Assembly (NCBI RefSeq): GCF_036323395.1
Contig: NZ_AP028907.1
Coordinates: 60,001-92,000, forward strand
Origin: Pyrodictium abyssi
Lineage (GTDB): Archaea > Thermoproteota > Thermoprotei_A > Sulfolobales > Pyrodictiaceae
Direction: 5' to 3'
Length of the DNA stretch: 32,000 bases
This document shows, piece after piece, positions 8,157 to 17,407 of the stretch. Made by a program: the position numbers and the translations under genes. The notes under the pieces are model-generated. The model was not told the origin of the DNA, ran no database searches, and saw only the letters and a list, made by a program, of their open reading frames with translations. Position 1 is the first letter of the stretch, and each line of letters begins with the position of its first letter.

Positions 8157-8948
8157 ATGGCCGGCCACGGGATCCCGCGCAGCCACCCGAGGTACTGGAG
8201 CCTGGTCCTCCGCGAACGCCTCGTAGAGGCGTGGCGCCAGGGCATCGTGGTGCCAGAGGGCCTCATAGCCCATGGGCGTGGCGAGTGCTTCGACTACCTC
8301 ATAGGCGAGGAGACCCAGTGGTTCGCCCGCGAGGCCGTGCGCGCCGCTGCCGCTGCGCTGCTACTCGCAGAGCACCCCGTCATCTCGGTCAACGGGAACG
8401 CTGCCGCGCTAGCCGCTGAGGGCCTCGTCCGGCTCGCAGACCTGCTCGGTGCGCCCCTCGAGGTAAACCTCTTCTACCGCACCGAGGAGCGGGCTCGCCG
8501 CATAGGCGAGCTCCTCCGCAGGCACGGTGCCCGCCGCGTCCTAGGCGTTGACGACGCCACTGCCCGTATCCCTGGCCTGCCCCACCCCCGCGGCATGGTC
8601 AGCCCAGAGGGCATACTCCGGGCCGACGTGGTGCTCGTAGCGCTAGAGGACGGGGACCGCACAGAGGCGCTACGCCGCATGGGGAAAACGGTGATAGCTA
8701 TCGACCTTAACCCGCTGAGCCGTACGGCTCGCATGGCAGACATAACGATAGTAGACAACATTGTTCGGGCAGTACCCCTCCTAGCCGAGACAGTCCAGGA
8801 GCTGAAGGAGAAGCCCAGGGAGGAGCTAGAGAACGTACTGAGGGGCTACGACAACGACAGGGTGCTAGCAGGCGCGCTACGCTTCATCAAGGAGAGGCTC
8901 GAGAAGCTAGCAGAGGAGGGCATAGCTATGGACCCGCGTAGACAGTAG
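8157..8948 (+). CDS. 4-phosphopantoate--beta-alanine ligase (archaeal phosphopantothenate synthetase)
   Basis: SHPRYWSLVLRERLVEAWRQGIVVPEGLIAHGRGECFDYLIGEET, LLLAEHPVISVNGNAAAL, GKTVIAIDLNPLSRTARMADITIVDNIVRAVP. Confidence 0.92.
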   Translation: MAGHGIPRSHPRYWSLVLRERLVEAWRQGIVVPEGLIAHGRGECFDYLIGEETQWFAREAVRAAAAALLLAEHPVISVNGNAAALAAEGLVRLADLLGAPLEVNLFYRTEERARRIGELLRRHGARRVLGVDDATARIPGLPHPRGMVSPEGILRADVVLVALEDGDRTEALRRMGKTVIAIDLNPLSRTARMADITIVDNIVRAVPLLAETVQELKEKPREELENVLRGYDNDRVLAGALRFIKERLEKLAEEGIAMDPRRQ

Positions 8949-8977
8949 AGCCGAGGAGACACCCAGGGGTGGTTTCA

Positions 8978-9697
8978 TCAGCGCCTCCTGCCCCGGTACG
9001 CCCGGCTGAGGGCCTCGTAGACCCGGGCTGGCCGCTCCTCTCGCGGTGTATCGGAGAGCTTTACCTCGGCCTCGACCCTGGTCGGTGGGTGGGAGAAGAC
9101 GTAGACCCTGTCCGCGTACTCCGCTACCTCGCCCAGGTTGTGGTCGACTATCACCACCGTCTTGCGGTGGCGGTGTGCTATCGCTTCCACTGCTTCTAGG
9201 AGGCTGCGCCGCGAGGCTAGGTCTAGGCCTGCGAGGGGCTCGTCTAGGAGAAGTATGTCGGGGTCTAGTACAAGCATTCTGGCTATAGCGGCCTTGCGTG
9301 CTGTGCCGCCGCTTACCTCGCCGGGGTACTTGTCTAGGTGCTCCTCTATGCCGAGGAGCTGGGCTGCCCAGGCTACGCGCTCCTCGACCACGTCCCCGGG
9401 CACGCCGCGGTAGCGTAGGCCTAGGGCTATGTTGTCCCGGAGCCGCTTCCAGGGCAGGAGGAGGTTCTCCTGGAACACCAGCAGCGCCCGCCCCTGTAGC
9501 CGCACTGTGCCGCGGTCGGGCCGCTCTAGCCCCGCTATGATGCGTAGTAGGGTCGTCTTGCCGCAGCCGTTCGGGCCTACTACGCCTACTACCTCCGCCG
9601 CATGGGCCTCTAGGCTCACCCCTGCCAGGACCGTGTAGCCGCTGTAGCTCTTCCAGACGCCGCGGGCCACTAGCCTTGCCCCGGTAGCGCCGCCCAT
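8978..9697 (-). CDS. ABC transporter ATP-binding protein (nitrate/sulfonate/taurine/HMP type)
   Basis: Walker A GPNGCGKTT, Q-loop LVFQENLLLPW, signature VSGGTARKAAIARML, Walker B ILLLDEPLAGLD. Confidence 0.92.
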   Translation of the reverse strand: MGGATGARLVARGVWKSYSGYTVLAGVSLEAHAAEVVGVVGPNGCGKTTLLRIIAGLERPDRGTVRLQGRALLVFQENLLLPWKRLRDNIALGLRYRGVPGDVVEERVAWAAQLLGIEEHLDKYPGEVSGGTARKAAIARMLVLDPDILLLDEPLAGLDLASRRSLLEAVEAIAHRHRKTVVIVDHNLGEVAEYADRVYVFSHPPTRVEAEVKLSDTPREERPARVYEALSRAYRGRRR

Positions 9698-10416
9698 CGC
9701 CTCGTCCTCTCCTCCAGTCTCTCTAGCACCAGCTTGTCCAGGGCGACCATTAGCGCTACGAGTACCAGGCCCCAGGCGAAGACCCCGCGGGGCTCTGCTA
9801 GGCTATAGTAGGTGGCTATCATGTAGCCGATGCCCCCGCTGCCCCCGAACGCCTCTGCCACCACGCTAATACGGAGGGCCGCGCCTAGGGCTGCCCGGCC
9901 GGCCCCGGCGAGGACTGGTAGGAGGCTCGGCAGTAGGAAGTCCGTGTAGAGCTGCCGGCGGCTGGCCCCGAGGATGGCTGCGAGCTCGACTAGCCTCGGG
10001 TTGACGGAGTCTAGGCCTGCGAGCAGGGCTGAGAGCATTATCGGAAGCGAGACTAGCGCCGCCACGAGGACCGGCGGCAGGGGGCTGAGGACGCCGAACA
10101 GCATGACTAGTACCAGGGACCAGACTAGCACCGAGACGCTCTGCAGCACCGTGTTGAGGGCCCTCACCGTCTCCCGGGCAAGGGGCCCCGCTGTGTAGAG
10201 GAAGCCGAGCCCCAGGGCGGCGGCCGCGCCCAGCATGAACCCCGTGGAGGAGCGGGCGAGGGTGAGCACCACGTTACGGGCCACCGTGGCTGGGCCCTCG
10301 CCGGCTAGGAAGGCGAGTGTCTCGGGTATCCCTGGGACCTGGCCGGGGTAGAGGAGGTGGACTAGATGCCAGAAAACCGCTAGCAGCGTGAGGGCTGTCA
10401 GCCAGCCTGCCAGAAC
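9670..10416 (-). CDS. ABC transporter permease (SsuC/TauC-like)
   Basis: LARSSTGFMLGAAAALGLGFLY; LVALPIMLSALLAGLDSVNPRLVELAAILGASRRQLYTDFLLPSLLPVLAGAGRAALGAALRISVVAEAFGG (EAA loop). The first ~45 aa of the 9670-10551 ORF overlap the upstream gene and look artifactual; the exact start is uncertain. Confidence 0.88.
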   Translation of the reverse strand, partial: VLAGWLTALTLLAVFWHLVHLLYPGQVPGIPETLAFLAGEGPATVARNVVLTLARSSTGFMLGAAAALGLGFLYTAGPLARETVRALNTVLQSVSVLVWSLVLVMLFGVLSPLPPVLVAALVSLPIMLSALLAGLDSVNPRLVELAAILGASRRQLYTDFLLPSLLPVLAGAGRAALGAALRISVVAEAFGGSGGIGYMIATYYSLAEPRGVFAWGLVLVALMVALDKLVLERLEERTRRWAALPGQG

Positions 10417-11435
10417 GCGCCCTTTGCCAGTGTCTCCGGGTCGGAGCTGATGTAGCCTCCCTCGCGCGCCAGCCTCCAGACCGACACTATGTTCTCCACC
10501 ATGCCCGGGGTCAGCGCCTTGGCTTCGTTCATCTTTACCCTGCTCCAGCAAAGCTCTGCCGCGCCCTCGCTCAGCCCGTAGCCCTCACCGAGTATCGACA
10601 CGGCTAGAGCCTTATCCTGGTTCCATTTCTGCGCCGCGTCTGCACGTATCGTCTGGAGCTTCTCGACGAGGCCGGGGTTCTCTCGGGCCCAACTGCCGCG
10701 GGCCGCGTAGACTATCATGACGCCGTTGTCGCCTACGCTGCCGCTCCACTTCTCCCAGAGGTCGCGATAGGCTACTAGTATCTCGCCGCCCATGTCGGCT
10801 ACTAGCTTGGATACTAGCGGCTCCCAGAGGACCACGGCGTCTACGTCACCCCTCTCGAAGGCCTGTACTAGCTGGGGCGGCGGAGCGTCCACTAGCTCGA
10901 GGTCCTTCTCCACGTTGATGCCGTACACAGCCTTCATGTAAGCCTTGAACATGGCGTAGGTCCCGGTTGGCTTGAATACGCCGACGCGCCGGCCCTCAAG
11001 GTCCTCTACGCCCTTTAGGCCGGCTCCCGGCCGGGCTACGACAGCCTGGTTCTGGTAGAAGTCAACGGCTATTATCACCACGTCGCCGCCCTGCTCGCGC
11101 AGCTTAGCCACGAACTCGGCCGGGATCACCGCGACGTCTATGTCTCCCCGTGCCAGCGCGTTGGCTAGGTCGAGGGTCTTCGTGAAGTACTCTACCCTCA
11201 TGTCTAGGCCGTGCTTCTTGTCGAGCCCCAGCTTGTCTATCACGTCGAGCGTCGATATCCCGCCGCGTAGAGTGCCTATACGCACCGCCTCAGCCGAGCC
11301 GCTGCCCGGGCCAAGGTGGAGTACCGCCGCCGCGACGAACACGGCCGCGACTATCGCTATCGCTACCACGAGCCCCCGGTCTAGCTCGACACCACCCAGC
11401 ACCACGACCTTCAACACCCTGGGCACTGATCCCAA
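10398..11435 (-). CDS. ABC transporter substrate-binding protein (NMT1/SsuA/ThiY-like)
   Basis: N-terminal hydrophobic segment followed by VRIGTLRGGISTLDVIDKLGLDKKHGLDMRVEYFTKTLDLANALARGDIDVAVIP and VQAFERGDVDAVVLWEP. First of three genes in the cassette. Confidence 0.87.
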   Translation of the reverse strand: MGSVPRVLKVVVLGGVELDRGLVVAIAIVAAVFVAAAVLHLGPGSGSAEAVRIGTLRGGISTLDVIDKLGLDKKHGLDMRVEYFTKTLDLANALARGDIDVAVIPAEFVAKLREQGGDVVIIAVDFYQNQAVVARPGAGLKGVEDLEGRRVGVFKPTGTYAMFKAYMKAVYGINVEKDLELVDAPPPQLVQAFERGDVDAVVLWEPLVSKLVADMGGEILVAYRDLWEKWSGSVGDNGVMIVYAARGSWARENPGLVEKLQTIRADAAQKWNQDKALAVSILGEGYGLSEGAAELCWSRVKMNEAKALTPGMVENIVSVWRLAREGGYISSDPETLAKGAFWQAG

Positions 11436-11710
11436 GTGCTCGGGGAAGAGTCCTGTAGGTGCCAGCCTTTAAACATGGCCACCTTATAGCCGGATATGCC
11501 GGGGCCCGCGCCGGGGGTGACGAGGATTGGCCTTAGCCCACCCCGCCGGCCGGGGGATGGGCGCATAGACGGGGGCTGACCCACCCGGTGCAGGCATGCT
11601 CCCGCGCTGTGTCTCTGGGGGTTCTCTCGGGGTGGGCCGGGGTTGCCCCGTCTTAGGGCAGGGCTTATACCGTAGCCCTCCGCGCCGTGGCGCCCGGGAG
11701 GCGCTGAGAA

Positions 11711-12757
11711 GTGGCGATACGTGGGCGCAGTGTGGCCGCCGGCGGCCTCGTCGTGGTGCTTCTCTTCGGCGTTGTGAGCCTGCTGGGCGACATGAGCTAT
11801 GAGGGGTTCCGGAGCGCGCTACCAGTCCTGGTGCCCGGCGGGCTAGAGCTCAGCGGCGTAGCCGGCCTAGGCGAGGTCGTCGCGTGGAGCCTCCGCCCTG
11901 TCACCGGCCTCCTGGCCGACAGGCTCGGGGCCTACTGGGGCTTCACGGTGCTGGGTTACTCGCTGATACCCCTGGGGATCCTCATAGCCTCGCAAGGCGG
12001 CCCCATGATAGCGCTGGGCTACGGGGTCGAGAGGCTGGGTAAGGCGCTCAGGAGCCCTAGCAGGGACGCACTGCTAGGCGGGGTTGCCGGGCGGCGCCGC
12101 GGCCTAGTCTTCGGGCTACACGAGGCGATGGACCAGGTGGGCGCGGTCGCCGGGCCCATGATAGCCTACACAGTGTTCAGCCGGGGGCTCGGGCTCTGGC
12201 TGCTCGCAGTCCCTGGGCTCTTCACAGTCCCGGTGCTCCTGCTCGCCCGGAGGCTCTGCCCCAGCAGGGCCCAGCCCCGGCCGAAGAAGACGGGGCTACG
12301 CGACGCGCTCCGCGGCGGCTGGAGGGCCTCGCTCTACGTGGTGGCAGCAGGGACCCTAGCCGCCAGCCCTCTCGCAGTGGAGCACGTCGCGCGTGTACTA
12401 GGCGGGGTCGCTGCTGGCTCGGCGCCGCTGCTCTACGCTGCAGCTATGCTCTCCGACGCCGTAGCCGCTGTGCCTCTCGGCCTCCTCTACGACCACTGGC
12501 CCCGGACAGCCGCCGCCATACCGGTGGCCCTGGGCGTTGCTGCCGGCGCCGCTGTGCTGATTGCTGGCGGCTCCACGGCTGGGGCGCTACTGGCCGCGCT
12601 GCTTAGCGGAGTAGCGGAGGCCGGGTTCGAGACCGTAGCGCGGGCGATGGTGCGCGGCGGCGCGGCAGGCTACGGGCTGTACGGCCTAGCCCGCGGCATC
12701 GCGGCTGCAGGCTCCATAGCGCTGTACAGCGGCATCGCCTCGCTAGTAGCCGGCTAA
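11711..12757 (+). CDS. Major facilitator superfamily transporter
   Basis: 348 aa, polytopic; VVLLFGVVSLLGDMSYEGFRSALP, GLLADRLGAYWGFTVLGYSLIPLG, RSPSRDALLG. TATA-like gcttata about 35 bp upstream. Confidence 0.85.
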   Translation: MAIRGRSVAAGGLVVVLLFGVVSLLGDMSYEGFRSALPVLVPGGLELSGVAGLGEVVAWSLRPVTGLLADRLGAYWGFTVLGYSLIPLGILIASQGGPMIALGYGVERLGKALRSPSRDALLGGVAGRRRGLVFGLHEAMDQVGAVAGPMIAYTVFSRGLGLWLLAVPGLFTVPVLLLARRLCPSRAQPRPKKTGLRDALRGGWRASLYVVAAGTLAASPLAVEHVARVLGGVAAGSAPLLYAAAMLSDAVAAVPLGLLYDHWPRTAAAIPVALGVAAGAAVLIAGGSTAGALLAALLSGVAEAGFETVARAMVRGGAAGYGLYGLARGIAAAGSIALYSGIASLVAG

Positions 12758-12798
12758 CGGCCTATGTAGCAGCCCTGGCAGCGTATACTAGCCCCGGG

Positions 12799-13797
12799 GT
12801 GCCCTCTTGGACTGCGGGTTTTCGGACACCGCTACCGCCCCTTGGGCTTGTGTGCTTCTCCGACCGCGAGCAGGAGGCCGGGAAGCTGCTCGGCCTCTAC
12901 CGCCGCGGAGCAGCTGTCCCAATTCTGGTCTACGGGCCGGAGGGCTCCGGGAAGTCTACACTCCTCCGCTACATAGTGTGGCGTGTCGACCGGGACGGAG
13001 GGCTCGGCGTGTACATCGACGCGCTCTCGGGTGGCGACCTCGAGGAGGCTATATACCCGCTGACCAGCGCTATGCGCAGCATCTTAGCCGATTTGCTCGC
13101 TGGTACTGCTCCGCCCCTCGGCCGTGTCTTGGCCGTGAGGCTCTGGGATCTCCTCAGAGGCCTGCTTATGCGGGCCGAAGCGGAGAGGAGGCGGGTCCTG
13201 GTTGTCGTGGACGACGTGTATAGAGCTCTAGGGCTCGAGGAGGCCGAGGCCTACACTAAGAGGCTCTACGAGCTCCTAGGGCGGCTCTACGGGCTAGGCG
13301 TTGAGAGCGCGCTAGTAGTGGTAGCGACCTCGGAGGGCGCGTCGAGAAGGCTGCTAGCCCGCCACAGCTACGCCTCGACGAGCCTGCTATGGAACCTGGC
13401 GCGGGAGGGGCTAGGCGAGCTACTATCCCAGATAGAGGCGCCCATCGGCGCCGAGGAGGCGTGGCGTATCACCGGCGGGAACCCGCGGCTACTGGGCCGG
13501 CTAGCCGAGCTAGAATGGAGCCCTGGAAGGCTCGTAGAGGAGCTCGCCGAGCAGAGGCTAGCAGAAGCCCTGGAAGCCGTAGGCAGGGAAGCCCTAGAGA
13601 AGCTCGCGGAGGACCCCGACTCGGAGCCCAATGCGGCCAGGAGGCTAGAGGACATGAACCTTATGATAAGGCTCAGCCGGGTCGCTAGCCTCTCTCCACC
13701 ACCAGAGCCGGATAGGGAGCTGGGAGTAGGGAGAGACTGGGCATGGCAAACCCCCGCCTACAGGCTAGCCGCACTACATCTCCTAGAGCGGAGATAG
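12799..13797 (+). CDS. Archaeal AAA+/STAND-like ATPase (archaeal ATPase family)
   Basis: Walker A YGPEGSGKSTLLRYI, Walker B RRRVLVVVDDVYRAL, GGNPRLLGRLAELEW. Confidence 0.8.
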   Translation: MPSWTAGFRTPLPPLGLVCFSDREQEAGKLLGLYRRGAAVPILVYGPEGSGKSTLLRYIVWRVDRDGGLGVYIDALSGGDLEEAIYPLTSAMRSILADLLAGTAPPLGRVLAVRLWDLLRGLLMRAEAERRRVLVVVDDVYRALGLEEAEAYTKRLYELLGRLYGLGVESALVVVATSEGASRRLLARHSYASTSLLWNLAREGLGELLSQIEAPIGAEEAWRITGGNPRLLGRLAELEWSPGRLVEELAEQRLAEALEAVGREALEKLAEDPDSEPNAARRLEDMNLMIRLSRVASLSPPPEPDRELGVGRDWAWQTPAYRLAALHLLERR

Positions 13798-14100
13798 CAC
13801 AGCTAGACGCGTTCCAATGAAGCCTGGAAGGCTGGGGCCTGGCATCACTAGGCACAGAGGCTTCGCTGCCTAGGATACATGCATCGACCACGTGGAGGAC
13901 TGCAACATGTATGTCTATGAGGCATGCATTTTGTCGCGTAGCCCGGCGGCCCGGTGTTGATGCACAAGCCCCCTATGAACCGGTGGCGCCGCTACACCAT
14001 GTACCGTGTTAACGGTGCTGACAATGCATATGGCGCTACTAGCGGCCTTACCGTGGATAAGGTATTACCCGTGCTATGCTTCTGGTTAGGGCGCTGTGCT

Positions 14101-15444
14101 GTGCCGAGGCTGGCTGGCGACTGGTTCATAGACCTGTTTACCAGCGAGGCTGAGAAGCTCATAGAGTCGCTACGTAGCCGCTCGGGGGGCCGCCAGGTCG
14201 ACGTGCCGCCGGCCTACTGGTGGATACCGGGCCTCCCCGAACCCCGGGGGGGCAGGGGCCCGGTGGCTGCGGTCGACGGTGGGGGCGGGCTGGAGCCCCT
14301 CGGCGGCTCGGGCGCCGTCTACATAGCGAGGGCCTACGGCTACGTGGAGGGCGGGGAGCCAGAGAGGGGGCTCGAGCTACGCTTCTACCCCGTCCGCGAG
14401 ACACGTGTCCTCGACGCGCTGAGGAGCTGGCTCGAGCACCGTATCGCTGTGCGCCTCGCCTACCGGCTGCCGCCAGGCAGCATACTACTCATGGACGGTA
14501 GCCTATGGGCCACCGTGACCGCGGGGCTAACAGCGCTCGCTAGGCTCGCCTCCCGGGGAGTGCAGAGCCTGAGCTGGGTCTACACGGCGCTGCTAAGCGG
14601 CTACATGCTCGCCGAGGTCTCGGGGCTCGCCAGGGCCGCGAGGGAGCGCGGGATAACCGTGGCCTACGTGTCCAAGGACCACGGGCTCCGGGCGCTCAAG
14701 GAGAAGGTCCTCCTGGAGGCTGTGGCCGAGAGAGTCCGGGCGCTCCAGCCCCTGGTGTCCCGGGCGCTCGACTACTACCCGCTAGCGCTCCGCGAGCAAC
14801 TCCTCGAGGCACGCCGGCTAGTACCCAGCGAGCTACGAGGCGTCTTCGACGCCGCGCTGGACATGAGCTACCGGGACACAAGCTTCCTCAACGACACCGC
14901 GGGGCCAGGGCTGGGGTACAGCTGGCTACTCCGCATGCCGCCGCCCCAGAAGCTCAGCCAGGCCCTCGCACGGGGAGGGGTGAGAGGGCTCATAGAGCGA
15001 GCTGCTGCTAGGGCTGAGGCCCTCCTGGCAGAGGAGCCGGAGGCCGAGGAGTTCCGCTCGCTGGCCGAGAGGCTCCCTAGGCTCCTCGACGAGCTCCCGT
15101 GCAGCAGGATGTTCTACGTGAGGCTCGGTGTCGGCGACCACCCCCTCCTCGTCGAGCTGCCAGGGGAGCCCGGCTGCTACTACTCCCCAGGCCGGGTCCT
15201 CGAGGAGCCCGGCGGCCTCGTAGAGGAGGTCGTCGCTGTGCTGAGGAGCGGGTACGCTGGCCCCGAGTACTATAACGTCCAGCTGATAGCCGCGCATATG
15301 AACGCTACGCTGTCCTCGAGCCAGCTAGCAAGCTACATGAGGCTACTCGAGCAGCTCGCTGCCGCCCGGGGGCTCCAGCTGAGGCTAGCCCGCCGGAGCC
15401 TCATCAGCCGTAGTCTTCCTCGTAAGCGCCGCCGGCTCGTCTAG
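14101..15444 (+). CDS. NurA-domain nuclease-like protein
   Basis: VAAVDGGGG, GSILLMDGSL, GITVAYVSKDHGLRALKEK, FYVRLGVGDHPLLVELP, YYNVQLIAAHMNATLSS. The ORF opens at 13954, but GTG at 14101 gives the more protein-like N-terminus (VPRLAGDWFIDLFTSEAEKLIESL). Confidence 0.75.
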   Translation: MPRLAGDWFIDLFTSEAEKLIESLRSRSGGRQVDVPPAYWWIPGLPEPRGGRGPVAAVDGGGGLEPLGGSGAVYIARAYGYVEGGEPERGLELRFYPVRETRVLDALRSWLEHRIAVRLAYRLPPGSILLMDGSLWATVTAGLTALARLASRGVQSLSWVYTALLSGYMLAEVSGLARAARERGITVAYVSKDHGLRALKEKVLLEAVAERVRALQPLVSRALDYYPLALREQLLEARRLVPSELRGVFDAALDMSYRDTSFLNDTAGPGLGYSWLLRMPPPQKLSQALARGGVRGLIERAAARAEALLAEEPEAEEFRSLAERLPRLLDELPCSRMFYVRLGVGDHPLLVELPGEPGCYYSPGRVLEEPGGLVEEVVAVLRSGYAGPEYYNVQLIAAHMNATLSSSQLASYMRLLEQLAAARGLQLRLARRSLISRSLPRKRRRLV

Positions 15445-15538
15445 GCTGAGGAGAAGACAAGGGACAGTGACGCCGGGCGGGATGAGAGGGCGGGTGGCCT
15501 CTACGGGCAAAAACGGTTCCGGGGGAGGAGGGCTGGGG

Positions 15539-17200
15539 CTAGCTGGTGGTCTTGTAGATCGTGTAGTACTGTAGCAGCATTGATGGCCCGACCTTTACGC
15601 CCTCGACGTTCTTCTGTGTCACCACGTAGAGCTTACCCTGCAGTATCGGTATGAATGGCGCGTCCTCGGCTAGTATCTGCTGGACCTTCTCGTAGAGCTT
15701 TGCGCGCTCCTGCTGGTCTGTGAGCACTGCTGCCTCGTCTAGGAGCTTATCCACCTCGGGGTTAGCGTAGCCGGTGCCAGTCCACTTGTTGGCGCCGCTG
15801 TGGAGGAAGGGTGTCAGGAAGTTGTCGGGGTCTATGTAGTCGGGGTACCAGCCTAGTAGGGAGAGCATCATCTGGCCGCTGCGTAGCTGCTTGACGTATG
15901 TCGCCCACTCGCTGCTCTTTAGCTCCACCTCTATTACGCCGGTGCGCTCTAGCTGCTCCTTGATGAGCTGTGCTAGGTCTGCCTCGGTGTCGCCATAGTG
16001 GGTTGGCGTGTACCATAGCTCTAGCTTGAGCTTATTGTTCTCGTCGTAGCCTGCCTGCTTGAGCAGCTTCTTGGCTAGCTCTATGTTGGCGTCGCCGTAC
16101 TTCTCTTTGAACGCGTCTATGTGGCTCCAGAGGCCCTTGGGCACCATGCTGTAGAGCGGCTCCATTGTACCCATGAACACTATGTCTGCTAGCTCCTTGC
16201 GGTCTATGGCGGCCGCTATGGCCTGGCGTACTAGTTTCTCGCTAGTCGGCGCCATCTTCGTGTTGACTACTATGTAGCGTATGAAGCTGCCCGGGACCTC
16301 TATCACTTTGAAGCGGCTGTCCTTCTCTAGCTCGCGGTAGTCGTTGGGCCTTAGCGTCCTCCAGGCTATGTCTACCTCGCCGTTCTCGAGTGCTAGGCGG
16401 AGGGTCGTGGCGTCCTTGTAGAAGCGTATGACCACTGTGGGTGTCTTTGGCTTCTCGCCGTAGTAGTAGGGGTTGGCCTCAAGGATTATGTACTCGTCGC
16501 GCTTGAACTCCTTTATGCAGTATGGCCCGGCGCCGCCCCAGGTGGCGTCGCTCACTATCTGGTCGTCGGGGTACTTCGGGGATACCGGGAAGTATGGCGG
16601 TGTTGCTAGGACTGCTAGGAAGAAGCCGACAGGCTTCTTCAGCGTGAACTTGACCGTGTAGTCGTCTAGCGCCTCTACCTTCTCCACGAACTCTGTTACT
16701 AGCCAGGAGGGGTCTCCCTCTAGCTTCATCACTCTCTCTATGCTGCGTACAACGTTCTGAGCCTTGACCGGTGTGCCGTCACAGAACTTGGCGTCCTTGC
16801 GTAGGTGGAATATCCACACCTTGCCGTCTTCCTGTACTTCCCAGCTCTCTGCCAGGGCTGGCACTATCTTGTCCGTGCCGGGCTCGTACTTGACCAGGCC
16901 TTCCATTATGTTGTTGAGTACCTCCCATGTGAAGAAGTCGTAGGCGTTGGCAGGGTCTAGGTCTGTCACCTTGTCCGTCGTGCCTATCACTATCTTCTCG
17001 GCGAGCTTGGCGCCAGTAGCCGTGGCGGTCTCTGCTTGCTTGGCCTCGGTCGTCTCCGCGGGGGCCGTGGCTGTCCCGGTAGGCGTTGTTGTCTCGGCTG
17101 GCGCGGCTGGGGCGGGCTTCTCGCCGCCGCGTAGGAGTAGCGCTGCGCCTACTACTACGAGGAGTAGGACTATGCCTGCTATAAGCAGGTTCTTCTGCAT
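15539..17200 (-). CDS. Family-5 extracellular solute-binding protein (peptide/oligopeptide ABC type)
   Basis: N-terminal membrane anchor LLIAGIVLLLVVVGAALLLRGG, Thr/Ala/Pro linker, then DKVTDLDPANAYDFFTWEVLNNIMEGLVKYEPGTDKIVPALAESWEVQEDGKVWIFHLRKDAKFCDGTPVKAQNVVRSIERVM. Confidence 0.92.
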   Translation of the reverse strand: MQKNLLIAGIVLLLVVVGAALLLRGGEKPAPAAPAETTTPTGTATAPAETTEAKQAETATATGAKLAEKIVIGTTDKVTDLDPANAYDFFTWEVLNNIMEGLVKYEPGTDKIVPALAESWEVQEDGKVWIFHLRKDAKFCDGTPVKAQNVVRSIERVMKLEGDPSWLVTEFVEKVEALDDYTVKFTLKKPVGFFLAVLATPPYFPVSPKYPDDQIVSDATWGGAGPYCIKEFKRDEYIILEANPYYYGEKPKTPTVVIRFYKDATTLRLALENGEVDIAWRTLRPNDYRELEKDSRFKVIEVPGSFIRYIVVNTKMAPTSEKLVRQAIAAAIDRKELADIVFMGTMEPLYSMVPKGLWSHIDAFKEKYGDANIELAKKLLKQAGYDENNKLKLELWYTPTHYGDTEADLAQLIKEQLERTGVIEVELKSSEWATYVKQLRSGQMMLSLLGWYPDYIDPDNFLTPFLHSGANKWTGTGYANPEVDKLLDEAAVLTDQQERAKLYEKVQQILAEDAPFIPILQGKLYVVTQKNVEGVKVGPSMLLQYYTIYKTTS

Positions 17201-17213
17201 ACCCTGCCCACCA

Positions 17214-17223
17214 CGTTATAGTG
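17214..17223 (-). promoter_or_regulatory. TATA-like element for the family-5 solute-binding protein gene
   Basis: Minus-strand CACTATAACG lies about 14-23 bp upstream of the ATG at 17200, consistent with a leaderless or very short-leader transcript. Confidence 0.4.
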
Positions 17224-17407
17224 TGTATCCATTCATACTAGCTGTCGTGAATGATACTCGATAGGAGGGATTAGAAAGTCTTCCCTTTGGCGGCGCCGGG
17301 GGACCCGCCTATCTCGCGGTCATACCGTCTTCCAGGCCCCGGTAGCCGGGCCCATGGGGATATAGTGCAGCGTCGTCGCCAGGCTTCTCCCGGGGTGCCG
17401 GGAGGGC

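Noticed and set aside
9046-9638. Several short plus-strand ORFs inside the ABC ATPase gene
   Set aside because: Antisense frames of a clearly conserved coding sequence.
10417-10551. First ~45 residues of the predicted permease ORF (MLEQGKDERSQGADPGHGGEHS...)
   Set aside because: Overlaps the C-terminal coding region of the substrate-binding protein in another frame and is not hydrophobic or conserved-looking; permease likely starts near 10416.
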